32,000 nt of DNA, taken from positions 780,001-812,000 of the forward strand of contig CAVRAI010000004.1 of assembly GCA_963718915.1 (NCBI GenBank), written 5' to 3'. A program made the translations under genes and the position numbers. Source of the DNA: an uncultured Chloroflexia bacterium. GTDB lineage: Bacteria; Chloroflexota; Ktedonobacteria; Ktedonobacterales; JADMIN01. Below are positions 25,934 to 32,000 of the stretch, piece by piece (the stretch's first letter is position 1; every line of letters starts with the position of its first letter). The notes under the pieces are model-generated. The model searched no databases and was not told the origin of the DNA. It was given only the letters and a program-made list of their open reading frames with translations.

Positions 25934-25970
25934 AAGAGACCGGACTGGGAGAATACCCATCCGGCCTCTT
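25934..25970 (-). terminator. 11-bp hairpin downstream of the 26019 gene stop (candidate terminator)
   Basis: Minus strand AAGAGGCCGGA, 15-nt loop, UCCGGUCUCUU (one G-U pair), followed by a moderately U-rich stretch CUCGUCUCACUAUUUGAUCUU. Confidence 0.4.
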
Positions 25971-26018
25971 GACGCGAAAGATGTGCCAGCGGTCACGGGC
26001 GTGGCGCGCCTGACTGAC

Positions 26019-28280
26019 TTATGCTCCCGCGGCTGCGGCGGTGTCATCGCGTCGCGAGCGACGGCGCGCAGGCATGGCGGCAGCCACCAGTTCCTCGAAG
26101 CCGCTCCGTAATTTCTTGGCGTACCCCAGCCGGGTGAGTGTCCGATGGAGGTCACCGAGGCTTGTCTCTGGTGGCACAGCTACGGACTTTGGCCCGACAC
26201 GTCTCAGGCGATAGGCACGCAGTTTTGGCGACGTGACAAGTTCGCCAGCCAACGCTTCATCGTTGACCTCCAGCAGCGTAAGTCGAGGCTGCGGCGCCTC
26301 ACGGCTCTGCCGTGCCCAGTCGCGTAGTGTATAGATTACGTTTTGCGGCAGCGACTTCTGGCTGTGTGTCTGAAGGAAGCGCAACACGTCGTCTACCGTC
26401 GTGCCATCGGCCATGCCCCGCCGAAGCGACTCACGAGTGAGTGTAAACTGGCTGACTCGACCCATCTGATCAAGCGACGCGAACCGCAACAGCCAGTAGA
26501 TCGCAGGCATATACGGTTCCATCAGCAGCACCTGGAAGTTGGGCTGAACCACCAGCGCGCGCGACGAGAACATTTGGCTGGCGCTCTGTTCGCTGGCGAG
26601 CACCTCGGCGCCAAGCTCGGTCAGCATGAAGCTATCAGGGTCGATCTGCTCATTCGCGGTTGGAACCACCTCACGCTGGTAGCCGAGGGCCACCATGCCC
26701 AGGTCGTAGAGTGTTGAGCGGAACATTCCAGTAATAATCTCGCCGTCGGTGGCGTCCCAGTGAGCGCGTAGTTCTTCGGCTAGTTTGAACCCAGCCTCCC
26801 CGGCGCAACGCTGCGATGGGCGCAAAACGTATGGATCGTCGCTTTGTAGTGTCGCCCGGAACGAGTCAAGCGAATACCACACGCCGGTTCGGCAACCTTT
26901 CAGCAGGCGAGTTACCAGTTCGCGCGCCAGCGGAATCTCAATAAAGAACGAATGGAAGTCATGGTAGCCAGCGCCAGGCATGTCGATCCACCAGCGATCG
27001 GTTGGCCAGCGGCGGAACAGCCGACGCACCTGCATGACGAGGTCGTGTCGCGCCCAGGAATCAAGCTTTTGACCCGGTGTTAGCTGGTTGCGTTGCCGCG
27101 CGGTTGAGGGCGATGCCACCACGAGGCCAAGATCATGCGCCTGTTGCTTGAGGAGATCCACATAGTCAAGCGCCTCTCGCTCACTGCGGCGCGCGCGCTC
27201 ACCCAGAAGCATGGGCGTCAAGCGCTGTGCGGCGCGCTTCGGCAGAGTCCCAGAGCGTGTTAGCTCGATCTCCTGTCCATAGGCCGCCGCAACCAGCACC
27301 GCGATGTCCCAGATGAAGGTGGTGTCGGCAGGGCGCACAGCTTGTGGGGCGTTGGTCTCCTGAAGACCAACAGCAGTGTGTGGGCGTCCATCAGCGCGCG
27401 CGAGATTTGCCTGCGTTTCCCCGGGCAGGAAGAGAATCCGCTCGCCCTCGCTAAAGGTATCAAAAGCCAGGGCATATTCCTCGAAGGTATGGATGAGCGC
27501 GGAAAGCTCCCACTCGCTGAGATGCGCCTGCGCGCGTATGGCGTTGACGGTGGCTCGACCCCCACGACCGCGTAGCCAGTCGTAGGTCGTCTGCACCTTC
27601 GCGTCCACTCGCGCCAGCGCGTAGCGTACCGCTTCAGCCTGAGTCAGATTCTCGGCGATGGCGGCGCGCACTTCGTTGCGCGAGTAATACGCCTGAACGC
27701 TCAGCCCGAATCGGCGCCCGATCTGGTCGAGGTCACCCTGGCGATAGGGCATGAGTAGCTCATCCATGGTTTTGTCAGAGCGATCGGCATGAGAAATGTA
27801 AAGCTCGCGGCCACTCGCATAGAGACTGGTCACCAGTTCCGTCGGAACGTAGGCGATGCGCTTCTCTTCGATAGCTGCCTGGGTATTGCGCGGCGACGAG
27901 TAACCGTAAAACGTCACGCGCTGCCCGATAAGCTCGGTGCCCTGAACTTTTGCCATTTCGACAAAGACCAGATGACGCTCGACCAGGCGATTGAGTGTCG
28001 CCTCTGCCTCATCGGTGTCGAGGCGCGCTCGTTCGGCGATGCTCTCAACCAGACACCAGTTTCGTGCGGATGGTCCAGCCACGGCAAAGAGGACGCGACG
28101 CTCATCCTCGGAGAGATGCTCCCACACGAAACGCGCGGCGATTGTGTCACGCATCGCGCGCTCGAGCTTCTGACGCGCCTCGGCGGTATCGGTGGCGGGC
28201 GGCTCAGCGCCCCACCATCCCGCCAGCTCGCGCAGGGAACAGAGTGATTCATCTGCGAGGATAACGCTCAGGCTTTTCAT
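26019..28280 (-). CDS. Large helicase-associated-domain protein, resembling the conserved partner encoded next to bacterial XPB/Ercc3 helicases
   Basis: 753 aa. The C-terminal segment ALVVQPNFQVLLMEPYMPAIYWLLRFASLDQMGRVSQFTLTRESLRRGMADGTTVDDVLRFLQTHSQKSLPQNVIYTLRDW resembles the XPB N-terminal-like (Helicase_C_3-type) domain. ATG 28280 has GGAGGG 10 nt upstream. The family call is from memory, not a search. Confidence 0.6.
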   Translation of the reverse strand: MKSLSVILADESLCSLRELAGWWGAEPPATDTAEARQKLERAMRDTIAARFVWEHLSEDERRVLFAVAGPSARNWCLVESIAERARLDTDEAEATLNRLVERHLVFVEMAKVQGTELIGQRVTFYGYSSPRNTQAAIEEKRIAYVPTELVTSLYASGRELYISHADRSDKTMDELLMPYRQGDLDQIGRRFGLSVQAYYSRNEVRAAIAENLTQAEAVRYALARVDAKVQTTYDWLRGRGGRATVNAIRAQAHLSEWELSALIHTFEEYALAFDTFSEGERILFLPGETQANLARADGRPHTAVGLQETNAPQAVRPADTTFIWDIAVLVAAAYGQEIELTRSGTLPKRAAQRLTPMLLGERARRSEREALDYVDLLKQQAHDLGLVVASPSTARQRNQLTPGQKLDSWARHDLVMQVRRLFRRWPTDRWWIDMPGAGYHDFHSFFIEIPLARELVTRLLKGCRTGVWYSLDSFRATLQSDDPYVLRPSQRCAGEAGFKLAEELRAHWDATDGEIITGMFRSTLYDLGMVALGYQREVVPTANEQIDPDSFMLTELGAEVLASEQSASQMFSSRALVVQPNFQVLLMEPYMPAIYWLLRFASLDQMGRVSQFTLTRESLRRGMADGTTVDDVLRFLQTHSQKSLPQNVIYTLRDWARQSREAPQPRLTLLEVNDEALAGELVTSPKLRAYRLRRVGPKSVAVPPETSLGDLHRTLTRLGYAKKLRSGFEELVAAAMPARRRSRRDDTAAAAGA

Positions 28281-28519
28281 TATGCCGGTCCCTCCGAAAG
28301 CGCTCACCGCGCGACCAACCTGTTTTCCTGCCACCGGCGCTACCGGTGAGCACACGCTACAGGCAGATCGCAGCAGTTGACGAACGCTTCCATTCCTCCA
28401 TAGAACGTCAAGATAACGTCAGGCGAGTACCGGCGCCCTTTCAAACAAACAAGCTACATGCGCAGGTGATAAGATCCTGTACACAGCCCGAATGAGGAAA
28501 GAAGCGCCTGTCACGCTGG

Positions 28520-29488
28520 CTAGACGTCTTCCCTCATTGTAGGTACAGTCGCGGACTTGGCAGACCTGGATGATGGCTCCTCTCCATCATACTGCGGAAG
28601 CACACGGGTGGATATGCCAAAGTTTTGAACGAAGTGAATGACCTCACGGGCAATCTGGCTGGGAGTAGAGGCGCCAGCGGTAATTGCCACGCGCTGTTTG
28701 CCCTCCAGGATTCCCGGCGGAAGGTCAGCCAACGACTCGATGCGAATCGCGGGGCTGCCAGCCAGTTCCTCAGCCACCTGCACGAGGCGGTTGGTGTTAT
28801 TGCTGCGTGGGTCGCCAACGACGATGGTCAGATCCGCGCCACGCGCCATACGCGCGACTGCCTCTTGCCGATCCTGCGTTGCCTTACAAATCTCGTTATA
28901 GACCTCGGCGTGTGGGAATCGCCTGCATATTGCCTCGACAAGTCGTCTCGTATCCCACTGACTGAGTGTAGTCTGCGTGGTCACCATCAGGTTTTCGGCA
29001 TGCAGAATGCGCTCGGGCAGCGCATCGAGGTCTGACTCAGTTTCTACCAGATAGACGGCGTATGGCGCCTCACCCACGACGCCTTCCGGTTCGGGGTGAC
29101 CCTTCTTGCCGATATAGAGAATCTGGTAGCCACGAGCCGCGAAGTCGAGCACGAGGTTATGCGTTTTGGTCACATCGGGACACGTCGCGTCGATCACTTG
29201 CAGGCCACGCTCACGCGCACGCTCCTTGACGCGGGGCGAGACACCATGGGCTGTGAAGATGACGGTTCCCTCTGACACCTGGTCGAGAATCGCCGCCCGA
29301 TTTGGCCCATCAAGTGTGAGGACGCCAAGCCGGTTGAGTTCCTCTACGGCAAAGCGATTGTGAACGATGAGGCCAATGATATATATAGGATGCGGCAGTG
29401 ATGGGTCTCTGGCCGCTTTCCGCGCAATTTCCATTGCATCCACAACACCATAGCAGTAACCGCGTGGGGTGACTTTTACTATTTCCAT
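28520..29488 (-). CDS. ispH: 4-hydroxy-3-methylbut-2-enyl diphosphate reductase
   Basis: PRGYCYGVVDA, IVHNRFAV, FTAHGVSP, DATCPDVTK, VVGDPRSNNTNRL, ITAGASTP are IspH/LytB hallmarks, including the three Cys ligands. ATG 29488 has AGGTGA 10 nt upstream. Confidence 0.9.
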   Translation of the reverse strand: MEIVKVTPRGYCYGVVDAMEIARKAARDPSLPHPIYIIGLIVHNRFAVEELNRLGVLTLDGPNRAAILDQVSEGTVIFTAHGVSPRVKERARERGLQVIDATCPDVTKTHNLVLDFAARGYQILYIGKKGHPEPEGVVGEAPYAVYLVETESDLDALPERILHAENLMVTTQTTLSQWDTRRLVEAICRRFPHAEVYNEICKATQDRQEAVARMARGADLTIVVGDPRSNNTNRLVQVAEELAGSPAIRIESLADLPPGILEGKQRVAITAGASTPSQIAREVIHFVQNFGISTRVLPQYDGEEPSSRSAKSATVPTMREDV

Positions 29489-29584
29489 TGGAACCATATC
29501 ACCTTTCGCTTTCTGAGTCTTGGTGAAGCGCTGTGGCGCTGGTGAGACTCAGGATGGCGAAACGCCAGAGAATTGGTCGGCTTG

Positions 29585-29767
29585 TTAGGCGCGAGCCTTC
29601 TGGAAGAGTGCCTCGAACGCCGAGGAATCGAGTCGGACAATCGTTGCCTCGCACAACTCCTCGGTAAACTCGTCACTCTCGGAGAGTTCAGAGTCGTCGC
29701 CTAGTGCAGGCTGCTCGGCAGGCAGCCATCCATGCGGCGCGCCGTGCGATGTCTTCGGAGAATCCAA
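29585..29767 (-). CDS. Small acidic hypothetical protein (60 aa)
   Basis: TTG start at 29767 is preceded by a consensus AAGGAG (29776-29781) at 8-nt spacing. It lies 87 nt upstream of ispH on the same strand. No recognisable family. Confidence 0.4.
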   Translation of the reverse strand: MDSPKTSHGAPHGWLPAEQPALGDDSELSESDEFTEELCEATIVRLDSSAFEALFQKARA

Positions 29768-30015
29768 GTCTCAGGCTCCTTTCGGAATCCAATTCCGCCC
29801 GCTTGCGGAACCGGCAGAGGCGCTTGAGCTCCCGCCGTGCCAACCCATAAACGCCTCAGGATATATTGTACCTCATGGGCCGACCAGCAGTGCGCATACC
29901 CAGATATACCGGACGCTGGGATTGTCACCAGTATACCATAGCTCCCAACTTGGAAATGCTGCCATCTCCGGCCATCCCACGACACGAGCAGGCGCACAAT
30001 GTATCTGAAGCGGCG

Positions 30016-30024
30016 TGCTATACT
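30016..30024 (+). promoter_or_regulatory. Extended -10 element TGCTATACT, candidate promoter of the amidohydrolase gene
   Basis: GCGTGCTATACTGC lies 54 nt upstream of ATG 30078. No clear -35 element. Confidence 0.3.
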
Positions 30025-30077
30025 GCTCCAACCCACATAATGGTGTCTGCGAACCATGTCCGCAAGGAGCCAGACGC

Positions 30078-30932
30078 ATGATCATTGACTTCCATACCCA
30101 TATCTTTCCACCAGAAATCATCGCACAGAGAGCGCGATTTGTTGCGCTCGATCCGTGGTTTGCTGAACTGTACAGTAGTCCGCGCGCCAAAATGGCCGAC
30201 GCGAATGACCTGGTGGCTTCGATGGATGCCGATGGCGTTGACTGCTCAGTTACGTTTCCGTTTGGCTGGAGCGATGCCGGACTGATCGAGGACTGTAATA
30301 GCTACGTGATCGAGACGATGCAGCGGTACCCCGGGCGCGTCATTGGGTTGGCGGCGGCGCAGCCACTGGCGGGCGCGCGGTCAGTGGCCGAGGTCGAGCG
30401 GTGCGCGCGTGGGGGTATGCCTGGCATCGGCGAGTTGATGCCACATGGTCAGGGATATCGGCTCAGTGAGACGCAGTATTTCGAGCCACTTGCCGAGGTC
30501 GCGCGCGCGTACAATCTCTTTATCCTGACGCATACGAGCGAGCCGATTGGTCATCTCTATGCGGGAAAAGGCGATGTGACGCCCGCCGAATTACAGGCAT
30601 TTCTGGTCGCGTTTCCCGATCTACGCATTGTCGCGTCGCATTGGGGAGGGGGATATCCCTTCTACGAGCTGATGCCAGAGGTTCATGCGGCGGCAGCGCA
30701 TCTCTGGTATGATTCCGCCGCCTCGCTCTATCTCTACCGGCCTGAGATTTTTGCTATCGTCGCACGTATCGCCGGGGCAGAGAAGATTCTGTGGGCCAGC
30801 GACTTTCCGCTGTTGGGTCAGCGACGCATGCTGGACTATGCGCGTGCGTCAGGCCTATCCGATGCCGATCTGGGACTGGCGCTCGGCGGCAATGCCGCCA
30901 TGCTGCTTGGAGCGGCGCTCGCCAACGGGTGA
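30078..30932 (+). CDS. Amidohydrolase-2 family (TIM-barrel metal-dependent hydrolase)
   Basis: MIIDFHTHIFPPE start (HxH metal motif), ILTHTSEP, ASHWGGG, WASDFP. AAGGAG lies 8 nt upstream of ATG 30078. Confidence 0.8.
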   Translation: MIIDFHTHIFPPEIIAQRARFVALDPWFAELYSSPRAKMADANDLVASMDADGVDCSVTFPFGWSDAGLIEDCNSYVIETMQRYPGRVIGLAAAQPLAGARSVAEVERCARGGMPGIGELMPHGQGYRLSETQYFEPLAEVARAYNLFILTHTSEPIGHLYAGKGDVTPAELQAFLVAFPDLRIVASHWGGGYPFYELMPEVHAAAAHLWYDSAASLYLYRPEIFAIVARIAGAEKILWASDFPLLGQRRMLDYARASGLSDADLGLALGGNAAMLLGAALANG

Positions 30933-31065
30933 GTGACTTGCGTTCCCAGGGGGAGGGGGATACGATAGGCGAAGACGGTCGGTGTATGTGTTTGGTTGGG
31001 TTCGTTCTTGCGTCGTCCTGGCGCTTTTTCAGCAAATAGAGCCTCTGGCGAAAGCGCGGTGTGTC

Positions 31066-31935
31066 GTGCGGGTAGTCTCACTTGGCAGCGGCAGCGACGG
31101 GAATGCCATTCTCGTGCAGAACGACACGACGACCGTTCTGGTGGATGATGGCTTTGGGGTGAAGGAACTGAAAAGCCGCCTGCATCAGGCGCATGTCAGG
31201 CCAGAGGATATCAACGCGATCCTGCTTACGCACGAGCACTCCGACCACGCGGGCGGCGCGCGAATGTTCGCGCGCCACTTTGGCATCCCGCTGATTGCCG
31301 ACCCACGGACTCTCAATGCGCTCTGCGCGACGCCAGAACGCGGCATGCCGGGTGCGCCGCCACCGGAACGTGTCGAGATGCCTGTTGGGCGCGCATTGTC
31401 ATGGGGCAGGATCGAGATCGTGAGCTTTCCCGTCTCGCATGACGCCGTGGCGCCTTGTGGCTACGTGCTCTCCAGTGCGGCCTGGCGCGTCTTTGTGGCG
31501 ACCGATACGGGGATGGTGACGGATGCGATGCTCGAAGCCATGCGAACGGCGCATCTGATCATTATCGAGGCGAACCACGATCGCGACCGCCTGTTGAACG
31601 GCCCCTATCCCTGGTACCTCAAGCAGCGAATTCTCGGCCCGACGGGCCATCTTTCTAACGATCAGACCAAGCTTGCTCTGGAAAAAGTGCTGGACGATGG
31701 GCCGCGCTGGCTCTGGCTGGCCCACCTGAGCCGAACGAATAATACGCCCGACATCGCTCGCGCCTGCATTCGCGAACATCTGCGGCAGTGTGGGCTGCGC
31801 CACATTCGGCCAGAACCGCTGCCCCACGCGTTCGGACCGATGTGGGATAGCGCAGCGCTTTGGGCGACTCCGCCAAAATCTTCACCAGACGATGCTGCCA
31901 CCCCTTCTACAGCGGCGAACGGTGGTAGAGAATAG
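31066..31935 (+). CDS. MBL-fold metallo-hydrolase (YycJ/beta-lactamase-like)
   Basis: SLGSGSDGNAILV, LLTHEHSDHAGG (HxHxDH motif), ATDTG, IEANHD, GHLSN. The start is uncertain: GTG 31066 gives MRVVSLGSGS, while the track ORF opens at 30982. Confidence 0.8.
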   Translation: MRVVSLGSGSDGNAILVQNDTTTVLVDDGFGVKELKSRLHQAHVRPEDINAILLTHEHSDHAGGARMFARHFGIPLIADPRTLNALCATPERGMPGAPPPERVEMPVGRALSWGRIEIVSFPVSHDAVAPCGYVLSSAAWRVFVATDTGMVTDAMLEAMRTAHLIIIEANHDRDRLLNGPYPWYLKQRILGPTGHLSNDQTKLALEKVLDDGPRWLWLAHLSRTNNTPDIARACIREHLRQCGLRHIRPEPLPHAFGPMWDSAALWATPPKSSPDDAATPSTAANGGRE

Positions 31936-32000
31936 CACCTGTGTATCAGTGCTCGTAGCGTTGCTGCTGTTCTTGCCCGCGTGCTCTGGTGCGGGCATCG

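Overview
High-GC bacterial chromosomal segment. The repeat style and the presence of a T-box hint at a Chloroflexota-like genome, but that is inference only.

nt 1-9150, conserved core metabolism:
- A 5'-partial PolX/PHP polymerase and an M29 aminopeptidase.
- A same-strand (minus) block covering aspartate to homocysteine: a T-box leader, an apparent MetX-MetY fusion ORF, then asd, an ACT-less aspartate kinase and a ThrA-type homoserine dehydrogenase. The last three have overlapping stop/start codons.

nt 9200-15950, the most unusual region:
- About 650 bp with no credible ORF.
- A solo PrimPol + RepA-like (AAA_25-type) ATPase replicase gene. It carries two internal cassettes of a 12-bp motif, each arranged forward-forward-reverse-reverse, which looks like an embedded origin.
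- An in-frame copy of a GC-rich hairpin repeat inside that replicase gene. The same repeat family occurs at four other sites in the window.
- A frameshifted TIR-TPR gene, a FAH-family hydrolase and a hypothetical protein surrounded by 11-12 nt tandem repeats.
- No integrase, tRNA or CRISPR array was seen.

nt 16000-32000, mostly housekeeping: fdhD, a sugar-phosphate isomerase, two membrane proteins, a DUF1858-Mrp Fe-S carrier, an NRAMP transporter, USP plus an ArsB/NhaD permease, a large protein resembling the partner of XPB helicases with no helicase beside it, ispH, a small acidic ORF, an amidohydrolase and an MBL-fold hydrolase.

All calls come from reading the sequence and ORF translations by eye. 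No database search was run.
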